Both the position numbers and the translations under genes were made by a program. Source: Candidatus Rokuibacteriota bacterium (GTDB lineage Bacteria; Methylomirabilota; Methylomirabilia; Rokubacteriales; DASRDR01). Taken from it: a stretch of DNA of 64,000 nucleotides. Below are positions 49,828-59,901 of this stretch, piece after piece. Below the pieces are notes generated by a model. The model made no database searches. It was not told the DNA's origin and saw only the letters and a program-made list of their open reading frames with translations. The DNA lies in assembly GCA_044866005.1 (NCBI GenBank), contig JBIOTN010000067.1, positions 4,899 through 68,898 of the forward strand, given 5' to 3'. Positions within the stretch are counted from its first letter, which is position 1. Each line of letters opens with the position of its first letter.

Positions 49828-49893
49828 ATTTTTTTCCAAGTCGCTGACCGCCGGTCATCGAATGACGAACGGGCCACCGGGGGAGGACGGCGC

Positions 49894-50456
49894 ATGCGAC
49901 AGCTGACCTTCATCAGGCCGGGCACGCTCGAGTGGCGCGAGGTCGCCGAGCCTGGACTGGAGGGGCCTCAGGAGGCGATCGTGCGGCCGATCGCGGTCGG
50001 GCGCTGCGACCTGGATGGTGCGATCGTCGGAGGACGCGCCCCCTTCGAGGGCCCCTTTGCAATCGGTCACGAGTTTGTGGCCGAGATCGTCGCGCTCGGA
50101 GAGGGCGTCGCTGGCTTCCAGCCCGGCCAGCGCGTCATCGTCCCGTACCACATTTGCTGCGGGCGCTGCCCGCGCTTCGCTCGCTGGAGCCGGGCGGCGT
50201 CTGCACGAGCGTCGGGATCTACTTCGGTCGCCACGTACGGGTTCCGCTCCTCGAGATGTACGACACCGGGGTGACCTTCAAGACCGGTCGTGCCCACGCG
50301 CGCACGATCGTTCCTCGGGTCCTGGATCTGGTCAGGAGCCGGCGCCTGCAGCCCGACCGTCTGGTGACGCGATGGGCGAGCTGGGACGACGCCCCTGAGG
50401 CCCTCGGCGACCCTTCCGCGAAAGTCGTCGTCCTCGCATCGGAGCCTGACGCATGA
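49894..50456 (+). pseudogene. Zn-dependent alcohol dehydrogenase remnant (internal deletion plus frame change)
   Basis: N-terminal catalytic-domain start (GHEFVAE...CGRCPR) joined directly to the C-terminal tail (SLEPGG...KVVVL) in another frame. The Rossmann domain is missing. Confidence 0.55.
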
Positions 50457-51070
50457 GCCTCTACGCGCGCTACGTCCTGCCCCGCCTCACCGACCTCGTC
50501 ATGCGGAACCGGGCCGACGCGGAGGAGCGGGCCAAGCTGCTGCCGCTCGCCACCGGCGTCGTCGTCGAGGTGGGAATCGGCTCCGCGCTCAACCTTCCCT
50601 GCTACGGGCCGGCCGTCGAGGCGCTCTACGGGGTCGACCCGTCGGTCGCGCTCTGGCGGATCGGGCGGCGCCGGGTGGCGGCCGCGCGGTTCCCCGTCCA
50701 GTTCGTGGCCGGCTCGGCGGAGCGTATCCCGCTCCCGGCGGCGCTCGCCGACACGGTGGTCAGCACGTGGACCTTGTGCACCATTCCCGACCCGCGCGCG
50801 GCGCTGGCGGAGATGCGGCGGGTCCTGAAGCCGGACGGACGCCTGCTCTTCATCGAGCACGGCCGCGCGCCCGACCCCGGCGTCCGGGCCTGGCAGGATC
50901 GTCTCACGCCGGTCTGGAAGCGGGTGGCGGGGGGCTGCCACATGAATCGGCCGATCGACGCGCTGATCGGCGGCGCCGGCTTCGAGTTCGCGAAGATCGA
51001 GGTCGGCTACGCGAGCGGGCCGAAGGTGCTGGCCTATCTCTACCGGGGCGTGGCATGGCGCACGGCATGA
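50453..51070 (+). CDS. Class I SAM-dependent methyltransferase (paralogue of 42200-42820)
   Basis: Nearly collinear with the other copy. Confidence 0.8.
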   Translation: MSLYARYVLPRLTDLVMRNRADAEERAKLLPLATGVVVEVGIGSALNLPCYGPAVEALYGVDPSVALWRIGRRRVAAARFPVQFVAGSAERIPLPAALADTVVSTWTLCTIPDPRAALAEMRRVLKPDGRLLFIEHGRAPDPGVRAWQDRLTPVWKRVAGGCHMNRPIDALIGGAGFEFAKIEVGYASGPKVLAYLYRGVAWRTA

Positions 51071-51086
51071 GGAGGAGGAGGGGGCC

Positions 51087-52190
51087 ATGACTGTCGCGAC
51101 GGCTGTCGAGACCCCGAGAGACCGGGCGCTGACCGCGAGCCGACTCCTGTGGCTGACCCTCGGGCTCGCCCTGATGTCGGACATCGGCGCGCACGTGGAC
51201 GCCTGGTACCACGTGCGTTGGGGGTTCGCGGTCGAGTCGTTCTTCACGTGGCCGCACGCGCTCTTCTATGCCGGGCGACTCGGCTTCGGGCTCGCCGCCG
51301 CGCTCGCCTTCGCCGAGGGTCGCCGAGCCGGCGTCCCCACTCGACGCACGCTGTTCGGCGGCTATGGCCTCGTCCTGGGCGGCTCGGTCCTCTTCCTCCT
51401 GGGAGGCATGTTCGACTTCGCGTGGCATGACTGGTTCGGGTTCGAGGCCAACCTGGAGGCGCTCCTGAGCCCCTCGCACCTGTGGCTCGTGACGGCGGAT
51501 CTCGTCTCGTACGTGGGGTTGCTCCAGGTTGCCGCGGAGCATCGTGCGCTCGATTCGCCGCGCTACCGGCTCCGCGGAAGCGACCTGCCCGTTCTCCTCG
51601 CGTTCAGCCTCCTCCTCCGTCTGGCGCTGTGGAGCCTTGCCTACGCCGATCCGCTCGCCGTCGATTACGCCTCCCGCGGGATCACGGTCAGCCGGCTCGC
51701 CAGCGGCGCGGGTGCCGCCTGGCCGAGCGCGGCGACGGAGGTGGCCGGGACGACGGGCATCGTCCTGCACGCGGTCCTCCTGGCTCTCTTCCTCGTCGGC
51801 CCGCTTCGACAGCTACGCCTGCCGGTGGGCGCGGTGGCGGGCATGATGCTGTGGAACGCCTGGCTCACGGCCGCCGTCAGCGGCATGTGGCTCTACCTCC
51901 CCGCCGCGGTGAGCGGCGCGGCCGTGGGCGAGCTGCTCTGGCTGTCGCTGTGGCGGGGCGGTCTGGGCGGCCTGAACGCGGAGCGGGGCTACTGGATGCT
52001 CGCTGCCGTCGTGCCCCTCGTGCAGTTCGCCGTGTATTTCGGCCTCATGGCGGCCTTCGGCGGCGGCATCGCCTGGACGACCCACCTCTGGGCCGGGGCG
52101 CCGATCATGGCCGGGTTCTTCGGCCTGATCACGGGGCTGCTCGCCGTGCCGCCGCGGTTCTGCCGGGCGCCCGTCGGCGCGGCGCGATGA
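51087..52190 (+). CDS. Polytopic integral membrane protein of unknown function
   Basis: 367 aa, 8-10 hydrophobic segments. Confidence 0.55.
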   Translation: MTVATAVETPRDRALTASRLLWLTLGLALMSDIGAHVDAWYHVRWGFAVESFFTWPHALFYAGRLGFGLAAALAFAEGRRAGVPTRRTLFGGYGLVLGGSVLFLLGGMFDFAWHDWFGFEANLEALLSPSHLWLVTADLVSYVGLLQVAAEHRALDSPRYRLRGSDLPVLLAFSLLLRLALWSLAYADPLAVDYASRGITVSRLASGAGAAWPSAATEVAGTTGIVLHAVLLALFLVGPLRQLRLPVGAVAGMMLWNAWLTAAVSGMWLYLPAAVSGAAVGELLWLSLWRGGLGGLNAERGYWMLAAVVPLVQFAVYFGLMAAFGGGIAWTTHLWAGAPIMAGFFGLITGLLAVPPRFCRAPVGAAR

Positions 52191-52292
52191 CGCGGCGTGA
52201 ACGCGCCTCATCCCCGCGTCACCGCCACGGTCACGTCGGCGCCGTCGGCCTCGCGGGCAGGTCGGCGGCGCGCGATTCCCTGGCAGACGCGC

Positions 52293-52577
52293 TCAGACCA
52301 GCTCGCGCACCTTGTCGCCGAGGACCGTGAGCGCGATCTGCCCGCGGTTCGGCTCGCCCCGGGCCAGCGATTCGGCGAACTTCGCGCTCTGGCTCAGCGT
52401 GACCTTCGGCGGCATGGGCGGGGTGAACGGGTCCACGACCGCCTCCACCACGACGGGGCCCGGGGTGGCCAGCGCCTCGTCGAGGACGCGGCCGCCGTGG
52501 CGAACTCGGCCATGAGCATGGAGAAGCCGCCGTCGCCGACGAACGCCACGCACTGGCGGTCGGGGTAGGCGATCTGC
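52293..52577 (-). pseudogene. C-terminal fragment of a thiamine-pyrophosphate enzyme (acetolactate synthase/pyruvate oxidase family), frameshifted
   Basis: YPDRQCVAFVGDGGFSM (TPP-binding) and the C-terminal tail are in two frames; there is no N-terminal part. Confidence 0.45.
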
Positions 52578-52601
52578 GCGCCGTCGCTCCTTCGTCTCCG
52601 C

Positions 52602-53588
52602 TCACGCGGCGCGCGCCGCCGGCGTGGCCGGGTCGCGGAACTTCGGAATGATCTCCCGCTCGTAGAACCGAAAGAAGCCGTCCTGATCGGGCCCCACCTG
52701 GTGGATCCAGACGTGGTCGTACCCGGCGTCGGCGTACCGGCGGATGGCGGCGAGGTGCCGCTCGGGGTCCGGCCCGCAGGCCACGGCCTGCGCGACGTCC
52801 TCTTCGCCGACCATCCGGCCGGCCTGCTCGAAGTGCGCCGGGAGGCGGAGCTCGGCGGGCAGCTCGCCCGGCATCGCCGCGAGCGACCACCACTCGTGCG
52901 CGGTCCGCCGCGCCTCCGCCTCGCTCGCCGCCCAGCAGACCGTCGCCTCGCCGTAGCACGGCTTTCCCGCCCCCCCGGCGATCTGGAACGCCCGCACGAG
53001 CCCGGCATCCGGCGTCACGCCGATCAGCCCGTCCCCGATCCGGCCGGCGAGCTCGGCGGCACGGCGCCCGCTCGCCGCCACCAGGATCGGCGGCAACGCC
53101 TCCGGCAGCGTGTAGATGCGCGCCTTCTCCACCGTGTAGTGCCGGCCGCGGTGGCTGTGAACCCCGCCCCGCCAGAGCAGCCGGATGACCGCGATCGCCT
53201 CCTCGAGCATCTCCCGCCGCACCTCGGCGGGCGGCCAGTGCTGCCCCAGGATGTGCTCGTTCAGGTTCTCGCCCGCGCCCACTCCGAAGAGGAACCGCCC
53301 CGGCAACATGGCCGCCGCCGTGGCCGCGGCCTGGGCCGCGAGGGCCGGGTGGAGCCGCATCGTCGGGCAGGTCACCCCGGTGCCGATGCCGAGGCGCCGC
53401 GTGGCCTGGGCCACCGCGCCGATCACGGGCCACACGAACGGACTGTGGCCCTGCCGGTCCACCCAGGGATGGTAGTGGTCGGAGACCATCGCGAAGGCGA
53501 AGCCGACCTCTTCGGCCCGCTGCGCGTGGCGGACCAGGTCGGTCGGGCCGTGCTCTTCGCTCGAGAGCTTGTAGCCGAGCGCGATCAT
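52602..53588 (-). CDS. LLM-class F420-dependent oxidoreductase (G6PDH-like subfamily)
   Basis: N-terminal MIALGYKLSSEEHGPTDL; luciferase-like fold. Confidence 0.8.
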   Translation of the reverse strand: MIALGYKLSSEEHGPTDLVRHAQRAEEVGFAFAMVSDHYHPWVDRQGHSPFVWPVIGAVAQATRRLGIGTGVTCPTMRLHPALAAQAAATAAAMLPGRFLFGVGAGENLNEHILGQHWPPAEVRREMLEEAIAVIRLLWRGGVHSHRGRHYTVEKARIYTLPEALPPILVAASGRRAAELAGRIGDGLIGVTPDAGLVRAFQIAGGAGKPCYGEATVCWAASEAEARRTAHEWWSLAAMPGELPAELRLPAHFEQAGRMVGEEDVAQAVACGPDPERHLAAIRRYADAGYDHVWIHQVGPDQDGFFRFYEREIIPKFRDPATPAARAA

Positions 53589-53764
53589 CAGAAAGACGAA
53601 AGACCACGCGGTCTTCCCGGGCCCGGGGGTGCAAGGTGGATGCCGGACCCTCGCAGGCGCGAGACGGAGCGCGCTCACCGCGGCCGGGGGAGCGGGGCCG
53701 GGCGGCGGGAGCCGTCGGCTGGGCGGCGGCACGATTGCATGCCCCGAGCGGCAGGAGGTGGACC

Positions 53765-54610
53765 ATGCGACAGAGCGCACACGGCCTCTTGAGCTACACG
53801 ATCGGCGCCACCGACGGCGACATCGGCGGCGTCTACGACCTCTACTTCGACGATCAGCGGTGGACGATCCGCTACCTCGTGGTCGACACCGGCACCTGGC
53901 TGCCGGGACGCCGCGTGCTGATCTCACCGATGGCCGTGCGCGAGCCGAGCTGGAGTGCGCAGCGGCTCGCCGTCGCGCTGACGAAGGCGCAGGTCGAGGG
54001 GAGCCCGTCCTTCGACGCGGCGAAGCCCGTCTCGCGGCAGCACGAGATCGAGTTCGCCGGCTACTACGGCTATCCGCTCTACTGGGCCGGCCCGTACCTC
54101 TGGGGCCCGGTGCCTTACCCGATGCCGGTCGCGGGCCGCGAGGTCGAGCCGGAGACCGCCGAGGCGCTCCGCCGCGAAGGCTGGGCGCAGGTCGGCCCGG
54201 AACACCGGGAGCGCGGCTCCCTGGCCTCGGGGCGGGTCGAGCGGGAGGAGGGCGACCCGCACCTCCGGAGCGTCCGCGAGGTCCTGGGCTACGCCATCCA
54301 GGCGGCGGACGGCGAGATCGGCCACGTGGAGGACTTCATCCTCGACGACGAGACCTGGACCGTCCGCTATCTGGTCGTGGACACGCGGAACTGGTGGCCG
54401 GGGAAGAAGGTGCTCGTCTCACCCGAGTGGATCGACTACGTGAGCTGGGCCGACTCGAAGGTCCACGTGAACCTCACGCGCCACGAGATCCGGGACGCGC
54501 CCGAGTACGACCCGGCCCGGCCCATCGAGCGGGCGGACGAGAGCCGGCTCTACGAGCATTACCAGCGGCCGAAGTACTGGGAGGCCGGAGACCGCGACCG
54601 CGCCGCCTGA
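53765..54610 (+). CDS. Tandem PRC-barrel domain protein
   Basis: Two repeats of GxVxDxxxDDxTWTVRYLVVD. Confidence 0.75.
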   Translation: MRQSAHGLLSYTIGATDGDIGGVYDLYFDDQRWTIRYLVVDTGTWLPGRRVLISPMAVREPSWSAQRLAVALTKAQVEGSPSFDAAKPVSRQHEIEFAGYYGYPLYWAGPYLWGPVPYPMPVAGREVEPETAEALRREGWAQVGPEHRERGSLASGRVEREEGDPHLRSVREVLGYAIQAADGEIGHVEDFILDDETWTVRYLVVDTRNWWPGKKVLVSPEWIDYVSWADSKVHVNLTRHEIRDAPEYDPARPIERADESRLYEHYQRPKYWEAGDRDRAA

Positions 54611-54717
54611 CTGCCGGGCCGATAAGCGTCGCATCTCGGCGTCCGGCATCACGGCCAGGACGCGATCTGCTCGCTTCTCGGCCCGGCCAAGCGGCGAGAT
54701 CGGCCTGCGACGGGCGC

Positions 54718-55368
54718 TCAGGCTGCGGGGCGGACCGCGGCCTCTTCGTGGAGCCGCCGCTCCACCATCTGCCAGTCGATGTTCCGGAAGAACGCCTGGA
54801 TGTACTTGCCGCGCTCCGTCGCCTTGTAGTCCCGCATGAACGCGTGCTCCCAGACGTCCATGACGAGGATCGGCTTGAACCCGGCCGGCACCCCGTCCTG
54901 GTGGAGCGTGATCCAGTGGTCGGTGAGCCGGTCGGTGGCGGGGTCCTGGAAGAGGATCACCCAGCCGACACCGCGCATCTCGCCGATGGCCTGGAAATCC
55001 GCCTTCCACTGCTCCACGGAGGCGAAGGACTGGGTGAGGGCCTGCGCGAGTCCGGACCCCGACGGGGGCTGCGGCTCCGCGGCCGAGCGGAGGTTTTCGA
55101 AGTAGTACTCGTGCAGGATCATCCCGTTGTACTCGAAGCCGAGCCGGCGCGTGAGCTCGGCGAACTCCGGGCTCTTGCCGGAGGCCTGGCCCCGGCCTAT
55201 TAGCCCCGCCAGCTCCTCGTTGAGCAGGTTGACCTGCTTCACGTACCCCGCGTAGAGGGCGAGGTGCTCCGCGATCTGTGGGTCGGAGATGCCGTCGAGT
55301 TCCTTCAGGTCGAACTCTTGCGCCTTGTAGCTCTTCGGCTTGTAGGACTTCGCCTGGTACGTCGCCAC
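54718..55368 (-). CDS. Fe/Mn-family superoxide dismutase
   Basis: C-terminal DVWEHAFMRDY and NIDW; GTG start after AAAGGAG. Confidence 0.8.
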   Translation of the reverse strand: MATYQAKSYKPKSYKAQEFDLKELDGISDPQIAEHLALYAGYVKQVNLLNEELAGLIGRGQASGKSPEFAELTRRLGFEYNGMILHEYYFENLRSAAEPQPPSGSGLAQALTQSFASVEQWKADFQAIGEMRGVGWVILFQDPATDRLTDHWITLHQDGVPAGFKPILVMDVWEHAFMRDYKATERGKYIQAFFRNIDWQMVERRLHEEAAVRPAA

Positions 55369-55441
55369 GGCGGAGACTCCTTTCTGCCCTCCTCTCCTCA
55401 GTGTATCCCAATCTCGGTCGGCGGACGCCGTCCGCCGAGCG

Positions 55442-55470
55442 CGCGGTTGAAAATCGGTCGGGCCGAGCCC
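55442..55470 (+). promoter_or_regulatory. Candidate sigma70 promoter TTGAAA-N17-CATAAT for the gcv operon
   Basis: About 75 nt upstream of gcvT. Confidence 0.35.
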
Positions 55471-55547
55471 ATAATAGCGCTCGCTGCGCGCCCCGCGGCG
55501 CGCGCCCGCAACGCGACGTCCCCCCCGAGCGACGAGGAGCACGCAGG

Positions 55548-56666
55548 ATGGCCGAGTCGGCGACGCCCAGTCTGAAGCGGACGCCCCTCTACGCCGCGCA
55601 CGTGCGGCGGGGGGCGCGGCTGATCGGGTTCGGGGGCTGGGAGATGCCGGTGCAGTACACGGGGATCGTGGAGGAGCACCGAACCGTGCGCTCGGCCGTC
55701 GGCTGCTTCGACGTGAGCCACATGGGCGAGTTCGAGTTCCGCGGCCGTGACGCGACCCGCGCGCTCCAGCGGCTGACCACCAACGACGTCGCCGCGCTCG
55801 AGGTCGGCCAGGTCCAGTACTCGCTGCTCTGCTACGAGGACGGCGGGATCGTCGACGACCTCACCCTCTACCGGCTCGGCGACGACCACTACATGATGAC
55901 CGTGAACGCCGCCAACATCGACAAGGACTGGGCGTGGGTCACGCAGCACCTGGACGGCCAGGTCGAGGCGAAGAACGCGAGCGCGGAGACCGGGCTCATC
56001 GCCGTGCAAGGGCCGCGGGCCGAGGCCCTCGTGGGCCGACTCGCGGACGTCGACGTGACAGGCATCGCCTACTACCGATGTGTGCGCGGGCGCGTGGCAG
56101 GCCGGCGCGCGCTGATCTCCCGGACGGGGTACACGGGGGAGGACGGCTTCGAGCTCTACCTGGCAGCGGGCGACACCGAGGCGGTGTGGGAGGCGCTCCT
56201 CGCCGAGGGCACGCGGGAGGGCGCCGCGCCGATCGGGCTCGGCGCGCGCGATACCCTGCGGCTGGAGATGAAGTACGCGCTCTACGGCAACGACATCGAC
56301 CAGAGCACGAACCCCCTCGAGGCGGGGCTGGGGTGGGTGGTGAAGCCCGGCAAGGGGGAGTTCATCGGAAAGCCGGCCGTCGAGCGCGTCAAGGCCGAGG
56401 GCGCCAGGCGCCGGCTGATCGGCTTCGAGATGGTGGACCGGGCGGTGGCGCGCCACGGCTACCGGGTGCTCCACGGGGGCCGGGTCGTGGGCCAGGTGAC
56501 GTCGGGCTCGTACGGCCCCTCCGTCGATCGGTACATCGGGATGGCCTACGTGGAGGCGCCGCTCGCCGGCGTCGGCTCCGAGATCGACGTGGACGTGCGG
56601 GAGCGACCCCAGCGGGCGCGGGTCGTCAAGACGCCCTTTCAGCCGCCGCGGGTGAAAAAGTCCTAG
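55548..56666 (+). CDS. gcvT: Glycine cleavage system T protein (aminomethyltransferase)
   Basis: Conserved GcvT sequence. Confidence 0.9.
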   Translation: MAESATPSLKRTPLYAAHVRRGARLIGFGGWEMPVQYTGIVEEHRTVRSAVGCFDVSHMGEFEFRGRDATRALQRLTTNDVAALEVGQVQYSLLCYEDGGIVDDLTLYRLGDDHYMMTVNAANIDKDWAWVTQHLDGQVEAKNASAETGLIAVQGPRAEALVGRLADVDVTGIAYYRCVRGRVAGRRALISRTGYTGEDGFELYLAAGDTEAVWEALLAEGTREGAAPIGLGARDTLRLEMKYALYGNDIDQSTNPLEAGLGWVVKPGKGEFIGKPAVERVKAEGARRRLIGFEMVDRAVARHGYRVLHGGRVVGQVTSGSYGPSVDRYIGMAYVEAPLAGVGSEIDVDVRERPQRARVVKTPFQPPRVKKS

Positions 56667-56737
56667 GGGCTGCGAGGGAGGCGCTCTCGAGCGCGGCGGA
56701 ATTCGAGGCGTATCTGAAGACGACGGAGGCGACTGAC

Positions 56738-58099
56738 GTGCAGCCCGTGGGACCGATGCGGTACCTGCCGACGACCCCGGCGCAGCGGGCGGCGATGCTC
56801 GAGACGATCGGGGTGGGGGAGCTGGAGGCGCTGCTCACAGGGATTCCGGCGAAGGCGCGGCTGGACCGGGGGCTCGAGCTGCCGTCGGCGTTGGCGGAGG
56901 CCGAGCTGGTGGCGGCGCTCCGATCGCTCGCGGCCGAGAACGCCCACGCGGCCGACTACGTCTCGTTTCTCGGCGCCGGGGCCTACGACCGCTACATCCC
57001 GAGCGTGATCAATCATCTCCTCCTGCGCGCGGAGTTCTTCACGGCGTATACCCCGTATCAGCCGGAGGCGAGCCAGGGGACGCTGCGGACGATCTACGAG
57101 TACCAGACGATGCTGTGCGAGCTGACGGGGATGGACGTCGCGAACGCCTCGCTCTACGACGGGGGCTCGGCGCTGGCGGAGGCGGCCCTGATGGCGCATG
57201 GGGTGACGGACCGGGAGGAGGTCGTCATCTCGGGGGCGGTGTCGCCGCTGGGGCGGCGGGTCGTCGCGACGTACTGCGCGGGGCCCCGGCTGCCGCTCAA
57301 GGCGGTGCCGTGGGTGGACGGGGTGACGGATCTCGAGGCCCTCCGGAAGGCCGTCACCGACAAGACGGCGGCGGTCATGGTCCAGTACCCGAACTTCTTC
57401 GGCTGCCTGGAGGACCTCGAGGCGGTGGCGGCGATCGCGCACGGGCGGGGGGCGCTGCTGGTGGTGTCCGTGGACCCGGTCGCGCTCGGACTCCTGCGGC
57501 CGCCCGGGGAGGCGGGGGCGGACATCGTGGTGGGCGAGGGGCAGGGGCTCGGGAACCCGCTGAATGGGGGGGGGCCGTACCTGGGCCTGTTCGCGTGCCG
57601 GCAGGCCCTGGTGCGTCGGATGCCGGGGCGGCTGGTGGGGGCGACCCTCGACACCAAGGGCCGCCGCGGGTTTGTCCTCACCCTGCAGACGCGGGAGCAG
57701 CACATTCGGCGGGAGAAGGCGACCTCGAACATCTGCACGAACGTGGCACTGGTAGCGCTGGGGGCGACGATGTACCTGGCGCTGATGGGGCCGGAGGGGT
57801 TGCGGCGAGTGGCGAGCCTGTCCACCGCGAAGGCCCACTACGCAGCGGAGGTGCTCGGCCGGGTCCCCGGGGTCAGCCGCCGCTTCGCGGCGCCGTTTTT
57901 CCACGAGTTCGTCCTCCGGCTGCCGAAGTCACCGGAGCGCGTCCTCCGGGCGCTGCGGAAGCGCCGGATCCTGGGCGGCGTCGCGCTGGGCGGGTTCGAC
58001 CGCGCTCTCAAGGACTGCGTCATGGTGGCGGTGACAGAGCGGCGGACGCGGGCGGAGATCGACGGCTACGCCGCGGCGCTGGCGGCGGTGGTGGCATGA
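56738..58099 (+). CDS. gcvPA: Glycine dehydrogenase (decarboxylating) subunit 1
   Basis: Conserved GcvPA; GTG start after GGAGG (an ATG at 56756 is the alternative). Confidence 0.9.
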   Translation: MQPVGPMRYLPTTPAQRAAMLETIGVGELEALLTGIPAKARLDRGLELPSALAEAELVAALRSLAAENAHAADYVSFLGAGAYDRYIPSVINHLLLRAEFFTAYTPYQPEASQGTLRTIYEYQTMLCELTGMDVANASLYDGGSALAEAALMAHGVTDREEVVISGAVSPLGRRVVATYCAGPRLPLKAVPWVDGVTDLEALRKAVTDKTAAVMVQYPNFFGCLEDLEAVAAIAHGRGALLVVSVDPVALGLLRPPGEAGADIVVGEGQGLGNPLNGGGPYLGLFACRQALVRRMPGRLVGATLDTKGRRGFVLTLQTREQHIRREKATSNICTNVALVALGATMYLALMGPEGLRRVASLSTAKAHYAAEVLGRVPGVSRRFAAPFFHEFVLRLPKSPERVLRALRKRRILGGVALGGFDRALKDCVMVAVTERRTRAEIDGYAAALAAVVA

Positions 58100-58109
58100 G
58101 AGGCCGGGC

Positions 58110-59600
58110 ATGCACGACTACGACCAGCTGATCTTCGAGCTATCCGTACCGGGGCGGGTGGGCTATTCGCTGGCGGAGCCGGACGTCCCCGAGGCGGACC
58201 CCGGGCGACTCTTGCCGGCGCCGCACCTGCGGCGGCGGCCCCCGGCGCTGCCGGAGGTCAGCGAGTTCGACGTGGTGCGCCACTACACGCGCCTCTCCCG
58301 GATGAACTACGCGGTGGACACGCACTTCTATCCGCTTGGCTCGTGCACGATGAAGTACAACCCCAAGATCAACGAGGACATGGCGCGGCTGCCGGGCTTT
58401 GCCCACCTCCACCCCCTGACGCCGGACGAGGCGATGCCCGGGCTGCTGAAGCTGATGGTCCGGCTCGGGGAGGCGCTCGCCGAGATCGTGGGGATGGACG
58501 CGGTCTCGCTCCAGCCCGCGGCGGGGGCACAGGGGGAGCTGGCAGGGATCCTGATGATCCGGGCGTACCACCTCGACCGGGAGGGGCGGGCACGCACGAA
58601 GGTGCTGGTGCCCGATTCGGCCCACGGGACGAACCCGGCGTCGACGACGATCGCGGGGTACCAGACGATCCAGCTGAAGTCGGACGCGCAGGGGGAGGTG
58701 GACCTGCTCGACCTCGAGCGCCACCTCGACGAGGACGTCGCGGCCTTCATGATCACGGTGCCGAACACGCTGGGGCTCTTCGAGTCGAAGATTCTCGAGA
58801 TCACGGAGATGTGCCACGCCAAAGGGGTGCAGGTGTACATGGACGGGGCGAACCTGAACGCCCTGCTGGGGCTCACCCGGCCGGGCGACCTGGGGTTCGA
58901 CGTGGTGCACATGAACCTGCACAAGACCTTCACGACGCCACACGGGGGCGGGGGCCCGGGGGCGGGGCCGGTGGCGGTGAAGGCGCACCTGGCGCCCTTC
59001 CTGCCGGTGCCCCTGCCCGTGCGGGAGGCTGACCGGTATCGCCTGGACTGGAAGCGGCCCAAGTCGATCGGGAAGCTGCAGGCGTTCTGGGGGAACGTCG
59101 GGATGCTGGTGCGCGCGTACACGTACATCCGGACGATGGGCCCCGATGGCCTCCGAGCCGTCTCCGAGGACGCCATCCTCAACGCGAACTACATCAAGGC
59201 GCGGCTCGGGCCTGCCTACGACCTGCCGTACCCCGGCCCCTCGATGCACGAGGTGGTCTTCTCCGCGCGGCGGCAGAAGCGGCAGGGGGTGACGGCGACG
59301 GATATCGCCAAGCGACTCCTGGATCTCGGGTTCTACGCCCCCTCCATCTACTTTCCGCTGGTCGTCGAGGAGGCGCTGATGATCGAGCCGACGGAGACGG
59401 AGTCGAAGGAGACGCTCGACGAGTTCTGCGACGCCATGCTCCAGATCGCGCGGGAGGCGGAGACGGAGCCGGCGACGGTGCAGGGGGCGCCGGTGACGAC
59501 GCCGGTCGGGCGATTGGACCAGACGCGGGCCGCGCGGCAGCCGAACCTCCGCTGGCCACACAGCGCGAGCCCGGGGCCGGAGACGCCGCGCGGCCAGTAG
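58110..59600 (+). CDS. gcvPB: Glycine dehydrogenase (decarboxylating) subunit 2
   Basis: Conserved GcvPB, PLP-binding region. Confidence 0.9.
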   Translation: MHDYDQLIFELSVPGRVGYSLAEPDVPEADPGRLLPAPHLRRRPPALPEVSEFDVVRHYTRLSRMNYAVDTHFYPLGSCTMKYNPKINEDMARLPGFAHLHPLTPDEAMPGLLKLMVRLGEALAEIVGMDAVSLQPAAGAQGELAGILMIRAYHLDREGRARTKVLVPDSAHGTNPASTTIAGYQTIQLKSDAQGEVDLLDLERHLDEDVAAFMITVPNTLGLFESKILEITEMCHAKGVQVYMDGANLNALLGLTRPGDLGFDVVHMNLHKTFTTPHGGGGPGAGPVAVKAHLAPFLPVPLPVREADRYRLDWKRPKSIGKLQAFWGNVGMLVRAYTYIRTMGPDGLRAVSEDAILNANYIKARLGPAYDLPYPGPSMHEVVFSARRQKRQGVTATDIAKRLLDLGFYAPSIYFPLVVEEALMIEPTETESKETLDEFCDAMLQIAREAETEPATVQGAPVTTPVGRLDQTRAARQPNLRWPHSASPGPETPRGQ

Positions 59601-59769
59601 CACCCGCCCGGGACCTCGGACTCCCCTCCCAGGACGTCACGCCGGCGGAGCACGGCGTCCCGCCACCACACCTCCTCGACGGCGTCCGCGGCAGGAGCAG
59701 GCGGAGCCAACCCTTGGGCCTTGACGGCCTCCGCCGGCCCCGCATAGACTGACCGCCATTCAGCGCTGC

Positions 59770-59890
59770 CGAGAAGCGCGAGATCGGTCCGGGCGCTCGT
59801 GACCGGACACGCGGGGGCGTTGCGGGGTACCATGGTGGCGCCCCTGCGGGACACGACGCCGAGCGATTGCCTCCGGGTGACGACAGGAGA
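59770..59890 (+). ncRNA. Candidate ZTP (pfl) riboswitch-like leader upstream of glyA
   Basis: Segments UCGUGACCGGAC and GCCUCCGGGUG resemble the conserved 5' (UCGUGACUGGCG) and 3' (CCGCCUGGGCA) blocks of pfl. The match is weak. Confidence 0.2.
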
Positions 59891-59901
59891 GGCGGACGGC
59901 G

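Noticed and set aside
55369-55547. Glycine riboswitch upstream of gcvT
   Set aside because: No tandem GGAGAG...ACCGAAGG aptamer signatures; only a sigma70-like promoter was found.
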